From positions 1-40,269 of the forward strand of contig RXIE01000128.1 in the NCBI GenBank assembly GCA_004212135.1: a stretch of DNA of 40,269 bases, in the 5' to 3' direction. Under the pieces are notes generated by a model. That model made no database searches and had not been told where the DNA came from. It saw only the letters and a program-made list of their open reading frames with translations. A program made the translations under genes and the position numbers. How positions within the stretch are numbered: position 1 is the stretch's first letter; the number at the start of each line of letters is the position of its first letter. Below are positions 18,205 to 26,536 of the stretch, one piece after another. The DNA comes from Candidatus Methanophagales archaeon ANME-1-THS. GTDB lineage: Archaea > Halobacteriota > Syntropharchaeia > Alkanophagales > Methanospirareceae.

Positions 18205-19485
18205 ATCTATGGGCGTGTACGGGCAGGAGAAAGAATTTCCGGGGACGAGCCGGCGAAATACGAAGAACTCAGTGTAAAATACTTCTCGGAGGAGAGAGAC
18301 TATCTCAACGACCTGATCGGGTTTATCGGGAACATGAGCGGTAAACCACCGACATCGATCAAGCTCAAATTAGCAGGTGTGAAAGAATGGCTGAGCTTTA
18401 ACGGTGTCGAGCTGTCACAGAAGGAACTTAAGACGTTACGGCATAGGACACCAAAAGCCAAGGGGGCGTGGACGGTTGAGAACGAGTTTGATATTCCGGT
18501 TCTCAGGAAGATACTTGCTCATGCAGATGAAAAAGCGGCAGCCCTGATCCTTACCCTCGCAAGCTCAGGCATGCGGATAGGCGAGGCCTTAAATATCAAA
18601 CTCAAAGATATGGACTTATCCAAAGAGCCACCTGAGCTCATAGTGCGAGGAGAGTATACCAAGGGTGGAGAGACGAGGGTTGTTTTCATCAGCAAAGAGG
18701 CAAAGGCAGCAGTTGAAGAATGGTTAAAGGTGAGAGACGATTATATCAGGGCTTCTCTTAACCGAAATAAAGGTTTAATCGAGAAAGCAGCGGCGGGACA
18801 GAAGACAGGAACCGATGAACGGGTTTTCCCATTCTCGGTAGCTGTTGTAAGAGAGTTTTGGAGCCGGGCATTGCTGAAAGCGGGCTTACATGAGAAAGAT
18901 AACAGTACCGGCAGGTTGCAGTACAGGATTCACGGACTAAGGAAGTTTTTCCGGTCTCAATTAGCCTTATCTTGCCCGGTGGATATTGTCGAGGCGCTCA
19001 TGGGTCATGAGGGGTATTTAACGGATGCTTACAGGCGATATACGCGGAAACAGATGGGTGAGTATTATCTGAAGGCGGAGCACCATGTAACAGTAACGGG
19101 TACAGGAGATATTCGTGAGATACAGGACAGATTGCAGAACACTCAGGCAGCGCTCAGGGGATACAAAGATATTATAACGGAACAGACACAGGAAATTGCT
19201 GAGCTGAAGCAGAGATATGAGGAGCAGGCGAAGAAGATAGGGGAGACAGAAAAGATACAGGAGCGGATAAAAGAACTGGAAGAGAAGTTGAGGGAAGTTG
19301 GTGATAGGTATAACAAATTTATGGAAGATCCTATATTCTACAAAGTTTTGTTCGAAGGGATAAGGGTGGTATTCATTGAGTTTGCTAAGGCTTTTGGACT
19401 CAAGACAGATTTCAAAGATCTCGATCTCAAAATTGACGCCGATGAGATTATCAAAAAGATCAGGAAGAAGAAATTGAGTGGGTGA
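18109..19485 (+). CDS. Tyrosine recombinase / phage-type integrase with ~120-aa C-terminal coiled-coil extension
   Basis: Catalytic blocks: ASSGMRIGEAL (Arg I), HGLRKFFRSQL (H-x-x-R) and GHEGYLTDAYRRY (His/Tyr). N-terminal core-binding-like segment KKSYRAAIYDFLDHI. The C-terminal heptad-rich tail reads EIAELKQRYEEQAKKIGETEKIQERIKELEEKLREVGD. Confidence 0.85.
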   Translation: MMEKTIDTFIAMYPKLNTKKSYRAAIYDFLDHIYGRVRAGERISGDEPAKYEELSVKYFSEERDYLNDLIGFIGNMSGKPPTSIKLKLAGVKEWLSFNGVELSQKELKTLRHRTPKAKGAWTVENEFDIPVLRKILAHADEKAAALILTLASSGMRIGEALNIKLKDMDLSKEPPELIVRGEYTKGGETRVVFISKEAKAAVEEWLKVRDDYIRASLNRNKGLIEKAAAGQKTGTDERVFPFSVAVVREFWSRALLKAGLHEKDNSTGRLQYRIHGLRKFFRSQLALSCPVDIVEALMGHEGYLTDAYRRYTRKQMGEYYLKAEHHVTVTGTGDIREIQDRLQNTQAALRGYKDIITEQTQEIAELKQRYEEQAKKIGETEKIQERIKELEEKLREVGDRYNKFMEDPIFYKVLFEGIRVVFIEFAKAFGLKTDFKDLDLKIDADEIIKKIRKKKLSG

Positions 19486-19601
19486 AAACTTCCGCCAGGT
19501 CTCAGTAAAGTACTAATGTCGACACTAAACGAAGATTATCAACTGAGCGGAGAAGGAAGTTGCTTACGGCTAATACCGATGAGTCACACTTCTGAATTTT
19601 T

Positions 19602-19617
19602 ACCTGTTTAAACAGGT
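19602..19617. terminator. Perfect 16-bp palindrome ACCTGTTTAAACAGGT between the convergent integrase and HTH genes
   Basis: Read directly. It lies immediately next to the HTH stop (19618-19620), is preceded by TTTTT (19596-19600) and followed by TTT. It could act as a bidirectional hairpin terminator or as a protein-binding site. Confidence 0.35.
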
Positions 19618-19977
19618 TTATTTGGGCGTATCTTTATACATACGCTTCCTAAGTACCTGGTAGACCATAGAATAGCACTCACGGGTGTTCTTCGGAGGCG
19701 CGGGCAATCCTAAGTCACGTGCTACGGTGTCAAACTGCCCGTTAGCGCACAGTTTTTCGTAATGAGGGATACCAAGTCTGGTGAGCTCACGTTTGTGTGG
19801 CTCGTATTTACCTTGTGCGACTAAAGCTTTTAACTTAGCTAATTCCGCTTCCGATATGTAATATAGGTCTTCGATTTCTTCCGCTTTTATAATACCCTTT
19901 TTGATCCAATTTTTTATCGTGACCTCGTGAACGCCAATCAGCTTTGCAACTTCCCTAAAACCATATAATCTTGACAT
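19618..19977 (-). CDS. Excisionase/MerR-type helix-turn-helix DNA-binding protein
   Basis: The N-terminal FREVAKLIGVHEVTIKNWIKKGIIKAEEI fits the excisionase-family HTH pattern. ATG start; convergent with the integrase. Confidence 0.65.
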   Translation of the reverse strand: MSRLYGFREVAKLIGVHEVTIKNWIKKGIIKAEEIEDLYYISEAELAKLKALVAQGKYEPHKRELTRLGIPHYEKLCANGQFDTVARDLGLPAPPKNTRECYSMVYQVLRKRMYKDTPK

Positions 19978-20070
19978 TACTATAGGGGGTGGGGGGTATT
20001 GCTCTTATACTGAAGCTTTATATTCTCTTATAGCTTATATTTTTATCAATATTTTTGAAAGGAGGAATAA

Positions 20071-20496
20071 ATGAACATGCCGGCACCAACGGATACCTCC
20101 CGTCGCTCCCCTTCACTTATCAGAAGGGCATTTAATAGACTGCGCAGAGAGTGCGGTTTTTTTGGCACTCAAGGAAGTAGTAGTGAAAGTGCGAAGCTCG
20201 GTAAAATAGAAGGGGGTGAACAAGCATCAGCATCTTCGGGCATAGAGGAGGGATCTGAGGAAGGATATGAAAGATATGATCCTTCGCAAATATTGATTAA
20301 ATACAGAGCTGACGCACAGGGCGAATCTATGGATCTACCACATGACTTTGATCATATTCCGACAGCGGATGAACTTCAAGAGACTTTCGGACCGTGGTAT
20401 TACCTTATATACACCAAAATTGGAGAAGAGAATACCATAGTTTCTAAGTTAATCCATAATCCTCCGAAGGTTGACGAATACCAAGTTTACAATTAA
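20071..20496 (+). CDS. Hypothetical protein (Arg-rich N-terminus, acidic middle)
   Basis: Strong GGAGG 5 nt upstream of ATG 20071. No motif recognised. Confidence 0.4.
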   Translation: MNMPAPTDTSRRSPSLIRRAFNRLRRECGFFGTQGSSSESAKLGKIEGGEQASASSGIEEGSEEGYERYDPSQILIKYRADAQGESMDLPHDFDHIPTADELQETFGPWYYLIYTKIGEENTIVSKLIHNPPKVDEYQVYN

Positions 20497-20617
20497 CGTA
20501 TTAGTTATTGGTAAATCGAAAATAAGGGACATATGAGCTTCTTATATCCATAAACCTACTTATTAGCAAGGCTACCACAGGACAGACTCCGTATCACATT
20601 CGAGGTAGCACAAAAAG

Positions 20618-20842
20618 GTGGGGGATTGTGTGATAAGAAAAGCGCTTGGACTGCTAAGGTCTAAGGTCCGTAGGAGCGTGCAGAAAGATATGTTATTTCC
20701 TGATGAGGTAGAGGAAAGCGTATGGCTAAAGAAGGTTAAAGAAGAAGCAAGAAAGAGGGGTGAAGAAGTCCTGTGGGCCAATCACGATATTGCTATAGTA
20801 AAGACCAAAAGGGGCATAGAACACAGATATTATGGAAACTGA
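20618..20842 (+). CDS. Hypothetical small charged protein (GTG start; alternative GTG at 20630)
   Basis: AGGTGGGGG lies just upstream of the GTG at 20630. The composition is charged and helical (EVEESVWLKKVKEEARKRGEE). Support is weak. Confidence 0.25.
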   Translation: MGDCVIRKALGLLRSKVRRSVQKDMLFPDEVEESVWLKKVKEEARKRGEEVLWANHDIAIVKTKRGIEHRYYGN

Positions 20843-20900
20843 TGATAGGTGCGCACTCCTTGAAGTGATATTGTATATCATTTAATTATGCCTATCCAGT

Positions 20901-21299
20901 TCATTCCTCCTTCTGTTTGAGCGGGTATCGTGGATGCGATCTGATTTGTTCGAGCACACGAGGGAAGTCGGCAAATACCGCTCCTAAATCCACCGTACCG
21001 ACCACATCGACAATGCCTAAGGCCGCTACAGCCTCCCCGTTTTTATTCCTGATGGGAGCAACAACCACTGGTATTCGTGCATATCTTCCGGTAAGCGAGA
21101 TAGTCCGAATCAACCGATTCTCCTCGATCGCACGCTCTAATATCGGACCGGTATAATCATAATCGATAACTTCCCCTTTTTCTACGCACACGCCTCTTTT
21201 ATTCTTGCTCCGCATTGCTACGGGTATAACAAGCAAATCATTCACTGCTAGAGCGATCGGTGCGAGTTCTTCTGCAGTTGAGTCTTCATTTATCAGCAC
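20901..21299 (-). CDS. Conserved-looking archaeal protein of unknown function (possibly DUF2111-like)
   Basis: GTG start. The pattern VIPVAMRSKNKRGVCVEKGEVIDYDYTGPILERAIEE...APIRNKNGEAVAALGIVD resembles what I recall of the methanogen DUF2111 family, which I cannot verify here. It is the last gene of a tightly spaced minus-strand operon, with a 29-nt gap to the gene upstream. Confidence 0.45.
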   Translation of the reverse strand: MLINEDSTAEELAPIALAVNDLLVIPVAMRSKNKRGVCVEKGEVIDYDYTGPILERAIEENRLIRTISLTGRYARIPVVVAPIRNKNGEAVAALGIVDVVGTVDLGAVFADFPRVLEQIRSHPRYPLKQKEE

Positions 21300-21328
21300 T
21301 TTTTTCTTTCCTTTAGCTCTCTCGCGCT

Positions 21329-21667
21329 CTAAAAGCCGCTCAGTTCTTCATATCGTGCACTAATGATTCCCTTGAACTCATTCGGTGTTGCTCTAATCTT
21401 ATCCGCCGTTTCTTTATCGCCCAGATATTCTATCCATGATGCTACCCACCCCGCTTCGTTCTCCATGAACATATCAATTCGGTCCTTCAACTCTGCCAGG
21501 TTGTTTATAGCGATACAATCGGTGCCTCTGATCAGATAGTACGGGTTCTTCCCCGCAGGTGTAAGCAAGCTGGTAGCAATCTCTGCTTTTCTGTGTTCCT
21601 CCATTTCTACTTCCTCAGCCCATTTTCTCTTTACTGGATCCCATTTCCTTTTCTTTTTTTGTCCCAT
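21329..21667 (-). CDS. Small protein paralogous to the C-terminal domain of the adjacent nucleotidyltransferase (DUF5752-like?)
   Basis: GGAGGTGAT lies 5 nt upstream of the ATG. NLAELKDRIDMF..AGWVASWIEYLGDKETADKI aligns with NLKEFLEIFEKI..NDFAAWIRDVFRHNKLAEEV of the 462-aa protein. Confidence 0.5.
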   Translation of the reverse strand: MGQKKKRKWDPVKRKWAEEVEMEEHRKAEIATSLLTPAGKNPYYLIRGTDCIAINNLAELKDRIDMFMENEAGWVASWIEYLGDKETADKIRATPNEFKGIISARYEELSGF

Positions 21668-21751
21668 ATCCTATCACCTCCTAATTCTTCAACTATCATC
21701 AATGGCTGTTCCTTAATCTGGAACAAGTAATAGAATTATAACTATCGCAAC

Positions 21752-22909
21752 TCATCTCACAATCTCCTCGTACACGCCCATCGTCATTCGTGCGATATTA
21801 TCCCACGAGAACCCCTCGGCAGTTCTTCTCCCATTCGCGCCCATCCACCTCGCCTTTCCCAGATCGCTCAATAGATTCTTTATCCCCCAGGCGATCGAAT
21901 TAGGATTGTCATACACCTTCAGCCCGTTCACATCGTGCCAGACGTAATCAAAGCCGTTATGCGTCACGATGATCGGCTTGCCAGCAGCCCACGCTTCCAA
22001 CGCGACGATTCCGAACGGCTCATTTCTCGAAGGTATGCAGACTATATCGCACGCCCTGTAGAAATTGACGAGGTCGCCCTCCAGAACATAACCGAGGAAT
22101 CTGCATGCATGCTGGACACCGAGCTGCCAGGCTCTGTGTTCCAGCCCTCTTCTCATGTAGCCGTCACCGATGAAGAAGAACTTCGCATGGGGGAATTCTG
22201 CTAAAACCGATGGAATTGCCTCAAGGAGCAAATCCGCTCCTTTCTGGACGACCATCCTCCCGACAAATAGACAGACGGGGTCCCAGACGCCGACGTTATG
22301 CCATCTCTTCACGCTCCAAGGATCTATAGACCCTGCGAACTTCTGGAGCGAAACGCCGTTCGGCACCATCGCGATTTTCCAGTCCTCGAAGTTGTAGATC
22401 CACTTCGCTTCCTTCTTTATCGTGTCCGAGGTGGTGATGATCTTATCAGCGAGGAATCCGCCATACCACTCCAGGTTCCTTATATCCCGCGATTGCCCGT
22501 CGTAAAAGACGTTCCCACATCGCCCATATTCGGTTGAGTGGAGTGTGAATACCGTTCTCTTATTTCGGGTGTTCCGAATCTCCGCGAGCGCATTGGCGGT
22601 CATCCAGTCGTGCCCGTGGATGATATAAAAAGTGCCTGATACGTTCTCGGTCTGGAAGAAGTGATACGCGAAGGAGCGGCACATGTTGTTCATCTCAGCT
22701 ATAAAATTGGGGTTCAAGTCGAAGGGGCAGCGGTGGTAATGCACCCCGTCTATCACCGCGTAGTCCGACTGTCCCTGCCCCATCCTCGTGAAGACATGCA
22801 CTTCATTCCCAGCTCTCTGGAGAGCAGCGGCGAGTTCTGTTACATGTGCCGCAACACCTCCAACGGCGATCGAATGCAAGGATTCCCAGCTCAACAATGC
22901 GATTCTCAT
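21752..22909 (-). CDS. GT-B glycosyltransferase, glycogen/starch-synthase-like (GT4/GT5)
   Basis: MRIALLSWESLHSIAVGGVAAHVTELAAAL is a glycogen-synthase-type N-terminus. The C-terminal acceptor block is PSRNEPFGIVALEAWAAGKP. It lies downstream of an NDP-sugar pyrophosphorylase gene. Confidence 0.8.
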   Translation of the reverse strand: MRIALLSWESLHSIAVGGVAAHVTELAAALQRAGNEVHVFTRMGQGQSDYAVIDGVHYHRCPFDLNPNFIAEMNNMCRSFAYHFFQTENVSGTFYIIHGHDWMTANALAEIRNTRNKRTVFTLHSTEYGRCGNVFYDGQSRDIRNLEWYGGFLADKIITTSDTIKKEAKWIYNFEDWKIAMVPNGVSLQKFAGSIDPWSVKRWHNVGVWDPVCLFVGRMVVQKGADLLLEAIPSVLAEFPHAKFFFIGDGYMRRGLEHRAWQLGVQHACRFLGYVLEGDLVNFYRACDIVCIPSRNEPFGIVALEAWAAGKPIIVTHNGFDYVWHDVNGLKVYDNPNSIAWGIKNLLSDLGKARWMGANGRRTAEGFSWDNIARMTMGVYEEIVR

Positions 22910-23005
22910 CTCTTTTTATCTTCGCGGATAAAATTTACGGTCCCCGTTAACCTTCTTACAATCTTTCTCCCTCATTTCCGCTTCGCCCTTGATTGAATAC
23001 TGCAG

Positions 23006-24394
23006 CTATTCCCCGCTCATGCACTTCAAGATCCTGCTGATCAATTTTTTCCTCGGCCACCACCATCGCATCTCGGCAACTTCCTCTGCAAGTTTGTTAT
23101 GCCTGAATACATCTCGTATCCACGCCGCGAAATCGTTGCAGCCCTCCCTGAGGTGATACTCGATCGCTTTCAGGTCTATCTTTTCAAATATCTCTAGGAA
23201 CTCTTTCAGGTTGTGAGCCACAAATCCAGTATGAACGATCTTCCCTCCCTTGCGCATATTGAAGTAAAAGGCCTCTTCATCTGGAACGGTACGTAATAAA
23301 TCTTCGTTCTCACCGTTTCCCCCATACTTTTCGCCTCCGTTGAAACAGACGTACCTTTTTATGGCGCTGTCTACCGTGGTGCTGTCCGGTATCGTGACAT
23401 AGGGCCATATCTTCCCGCTACAAACCTCGACGTCTTTTCCAAGTTCGCAGTGAGCACCGATGATTGCATCTCGGACGCAGGCATTTGCTCCAGTTATGGT
23501 TCGTTCACCGATTAGACACTGCTCGAGATTAGAGTTTCGCGCGATATAGACCTCGTCAAATAAGACGGTGTGAGGTCCTATTGTGCAATTCTCTTCCACA
23601 ACTACACTATTTCCTATGACGGTGGGCCCTATGATCCCGGAGCTGGTGATCTCCACATTATCGCCGATAATCACATCTCTCCTCGCCTTCTTCAAGATCC
23701 ACTCCATCGCATTCATAAATCCTTCGGGTTGACCGACATCAGCCCAGAAATTGCCCGCGTCGAGCTCATAGCCGAACATCGAGCCCTTCTTCTTCGCATG
23801 GAGCAGATGAAAGAGATCCTTTGCAAAGTCGAAGGGTATCCGTTCAGGCACAAACTCCATCGCCTTCGGGTCTATCACGTATATCCCGGTGCTCGCCAGA
23901 TCGCTGAAACATCCACCTTTATCCGGCTTCTCGTGGAATCGCTCAATGCAGCCATTGTCTCCGAGCTGTGCGATACCATAGTTCCACGGATCATCGACAT
24001 GCGTGAGCGCGATCGTGACCAATCCACCGGATGCAAAGTGAAAATCGAGTAAGCCACGGAGGTCCAGATCGGTGATATTATCACCCTGTATCACCACGAA
24101 CGGCTCTTCTTCTTTGTCCAACCCCGCATTCTTCACCGAACCCGCGGTTCCAAGTGGAACTGGCTCGGGTGGAAACGAGAGGTGCACATCTCCTCGATTC
24201 CGGAAATGCTCCACGATCATCTCTCCAAAGAGCGTCGTCGTGACGACGATATCGTTCAAGCCGTACGAGACCAGATAGTCAACTACATGCTCGATCACCG
24301 GTTTATTCACGAGTGGGATCATCGGCTTCGGCTTCGTCAAGGTCAGGGGACGAAGCCTTGTTCCGAACCCTCCCGCTAAAATTACCGCTTTCAT
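23006..24394 (-). CDS. NDP-sugar pyrophosphorylase (sugar-1-phosphate nucleotidyltransferase) with hexapeptide-repeat region and extra C-terminal domain
   Basis: MKAVILAGGFGTRLRPLTLTKPKPM signature, PLGTAGSV, and an LbH-like region (IGDNVEI, IGPTVIGNSVVV, IGERTITGANA). The extra C-terminal ~90 aa is homologous to the 112-aa ORF at 21329..21667. Confidence 0.85.
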   Translation of the reverse strand: MKAVILAGGFGTRLRPLTLTKPKPMIPLVNKPVIEHVVDYLVSYGLNDIVVTTTLFGEMIVEHFRNRGDVHLSFPPEPVPLGTAGSVKNAGLDKEEEPFVVIQGDNITDLDLRGLLDFHFASGGLVTIALTHVDDPWNYGIAQLGDNGCIERFHEKPDKGGCFSDLASTGIYVIDPKAMEFVPERIPFDFAKDLFHLLHAKKKGSMFGYELDAGNFWADVGQPEGFMNAMEWILKKARRDVIIGDNVEITSSGIIGPTVIGNSVVVEENCTIGPHTVLFDEVYIARNSNLEQCLIGERTITGANACVRDAIIGAHCELGKDVEVCSGKIWPYVTIPDSTTVDSAIKRYVCFNGGEKYGGNGENEDLLRTVPDEEAFYFNMRKGGKIVHTGFVAHNLKEFLEIFEKIDLKAIEYHLREGCNDFAAWIRDVFRHNKLAEEVAEMRWWWPRKKLISRILKCMSGE

Positions 24395-24459
24395 TTCTTT
24401 TTATTCCCCCCTTTCGATTTTCACCTTTGTTCTCGCTCTTTCGCTTCAGTCAAATTTGA

Positions 24460-24557
24460 TTATAGCACTCACAAATTGGGATTTATGAAGAAGATGTGAA
24501 AATCTCAACTGTTATAGCACTCAGAAAAGGGGGATTTGAGAGGATTTGTGAACGAAT
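24460..24557 (-). promoter_or_regulatory. Tandem pair (52-nt period) of a ~44-nt promoter-like element; third copy at 29719..29762
   Basis: On the plus strand the copies read TTATAGCACTCA-N23-TGTGAA at 24460 and at 24512, and CTATAGCACACA-N23-TGTGAA at 29719. All three have an identical 35-nt offset between the two conserved blocks. On the coding (minus) strand the element reads TTCACA...GTGCTATA(A/G), a TATA-like box upstream of a minus-strand operon. Confidence 0.45.
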
Positions 24558-24675
24558 TTAAAGGCGATATTATGAGCCCTTCGTTAACAGAGATGTAAGG
24601 AAGTATGATAACGGGCGATAAAAAAACGAAAGTCAACTCCTGACGAGATTGGCGTGCAGCTGCGAAGTGTATGTT

Positions 24676-25071
24676 TTACACATAGGGGATAAGCTCCAGT
24701 TTAAGATGGTCGTCAACGATAGCGGAATCCTGAGCATATAGACCGGTCTCTGGTCTGATGCCATAGATTAAAACCGAATTATCAAGCGTTGTTAATTTTA
24801 GATAGGTATTTGATAAGTGCGTTAATTCTCCGTGTAATAACAGTTTCGGAGTGGTTCCGAGCACCGCAACGTTACTCGCCTCCCTTGTATCTGCCATCAA
24901 TCGGGATAGCCATCGCACCATGGTTCCGAGTCGTCCTCCTTCTTTCAAATGATAGGGATACTCTAACAGATCCGTTCCAATAGTAATCAATACAGGAGGC
25001 TCTAACTCGGAAATGAAGCTTTCGATCTCTCCAAAATCTGATGCTATTGACTCGCCCTCTAAATATCTCAC
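24676..25071 (-). CDS. C-terminal piece of a KaiC/GvpD-like second domain (GTG-initiated ORF; likely part of a disrupted gene)
   Basis: There is no independent ATG or SD. The sequence continues the degenerate second RecA-like domain that begins at the end of ORF 25244..26035. Confidence 0.35.
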   Translation of the reverse strand: MRYLEGESIASDFGEIESFISELEPPVLITIGTDLLEYPYHLKEGGRLGTMVRWLSRLMADTREASNVAVLGTTPKLLLHGELTHLSNTYLKLTTLDNSVLIYGIRPETGLYAQDSAIVDDHLKLELIPYV

Positions 25072-25243
25072 ATTTCCTCGTTTCTCTCTCCCCTTTTTAC
25101 CTGGCGCTACCTCAAAAAGGTCACATACGTCTTATAAGCCTCTTCGTTGACAAAAGGGAGCAACTCCCTTCTTAAACCCTTTTCGTCCCACGCACAACCC
25201 GGAAGACAGACACAATAAGTCCCTTGTTTTATGCTGTTTATAG

Positions 25244-26035
25244 TCATGAAAACGGTAAGCATTTGATACCCCAGATTGACAAATCGCCACCAAACTCAAT
25301 AACATTAAAGCTTCCCCTTCTGAGCCCTCCGCCTAAAACCTTGTCGAGGTCCTCACTTCCGGTAGACACATAGCGCTCACTGCTCGGGAAGGTTTTTATC
25401 ATCAGAGGTCTTTTTATACTTTTTCGCTTGAACGGCCTAACATATTGGAACTCGCCGTGTTCTAAAGTAAATGCATATCTCGGTTGATGGATCCTGACAC
25501 CTCTCAATTTCTCCAGTCTTAATTCCCGTGCCCTTCTGTAATCTATCACGAGACGCATGAGCGTTACTACCCCATCTGCTATGAAATCAAGAGGTGTTGT
25601 AGTAAGTGTCTCACACACGAGAATCAATTTCATTTCATTACCTCTTACCAGATAGGTTAGTGAAGCTTCGAACATCTCTTTCTCTCTCTGACCCATCTGT
25701 GAAGCTATCGCGTCCCAGCTATCAATTACCACAATAGCAGGTTTTCCTATTTGCTCCAGCCTTGAGTAAAGAATGTCAGGGAAAGATACCACTCTCGGAA
25801 CGGTTTCTGACGGGATATACAATTTCGTGATGTCAATAAAATTCAGAGGCTCTAACGCATCTAGCCAGGGAAATTGCTCATACAGAGTTCTTTTCGGGAC
25901 TCTCGCTGAAAGATAAACGGTATTGACACACCCGAACATCCGTACAATCTCAAGTGCGAGCAGCGTCTTTCCTGTCCCCGGCGCTCCCTTTATCAGAAGC
26001 GAAAACCCCTTATCTTTTGACAGTGCGTCTACCAA
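25244..26035 (-). CDS. RecA-superfamily KaiC/GvpD-like P-loop ATPase (first domain plus the start of a second domain)
   Basis: Walker A LLIKGAPGTGKTLLALE and Walker B-like AIVVIDSWD. The C-terminal YVSTGSEDLDKVLGGGLRRGSFNVIEFGG is the typical opening of another KaiC-type domain, cut off by a stop. The only available start is TTG. Confidence 0.6.
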   Translation of the reverse strand: MVDALSKDKGFSLLIKGAPGTGKTLLALEIVRMFGCVNTVYLSARVPKRTLYEQFPWLDALEPLNFIDITKLYIPSETVPRVVSFPDILYSRLEQIGKPAIVVIDSWDAIASQMGQREKEMFEASLTYLVRGNEMKLILVCETLTTTPLDFIADGVVTLMRLVIDYRRARELRLEKLRGVRIHQPRYAFTLEHGEFQYVRPFKRKSIKRPLMIKTFPSSERYVSTGSEDLDKVLGGGLRRGSFNVIEFGGDLSIWGIKCLPFS

Positions 26036-26069
26036 TTCGGGGGTATCTTTTCGTTCATCTTTTAGATCC

Positions 26070-26363
26070 TCAGGTAGATAAGGTCTCCTTCATCATGTGA
26101 TATTCACGCAAAAACTCTTGCCCTCTTTCCGACAACTTGTATAAAGGGCCTGATTCTTCTAATAACCCTTTCCTTTCCAGATAATCAATATAACTCTTTA
26201 CCTGCGGGGAAAGAAGATGCACTTTATATCCTATCTCAGTTACTGTTGCACCATATCGTGCCGCTAAAAGGATATCAGCAATTATCTCTAATCTGCCCCT
26301 TCGCTCTTCTTGTTTCTTTAATCCTTTCCCTTCCGCTATTTGTGGGTTTCTCTTCAAAGGCAA
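26070..26363 (-). CDS. Winged-helix transcriptional regulator (small archaeal wHTH)
   Basis: RLEIIADILLAARYGATVTEIGYKVHLLSPQVKSYIDYLERKGLLEE fits a wHTH. TTG start with no ATG available. It lies directly upstream of the ATPase gene on the same strand. Confidence 0.5.
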   Translation of the reverse strand: MPLKRNPQIAEGKGLKKQEERRGRLEIIADILLAARYGATVTEIGYKVHLLSPQVKSYIDYLERKGLLEESGPLYKLSERGQEFLREYHMMKETLST

Positions 26364-26536
26364 TTCTCCATTTATGGGAAGGTCATAGCACGCTTAAAAA
26401 GAGATTTGAGAACCATTGTGCACAAATTAGCAACATTTGAGATGAGGTGCTATCCCGTTAATTGCATATGTACAACTATGTATACCCTTACCAATTGTAT
26501 CTATTTTTATTTACAGGTTTGGTGAATTTCTACAAC

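Larger units (their letters stand above)
17390..20900. mobile_element. Putative small integrated element or remnant (integrase, excisionase-like HTH, glycosylase-like cargo, orphan ORFs); borders not defined
   Basis: A tyrosine integrase and a convergent excisionase-type HTH. Roughly one-third G+C by eye in 17467-18100 and 19980-20070. Orphan ORFs without recognisable motifs. The block sits between an ABC ATPase lacking its permease and a minus-strand host operon. I found no tRNA target or convincing direct repeats. Confidence 0.45.
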
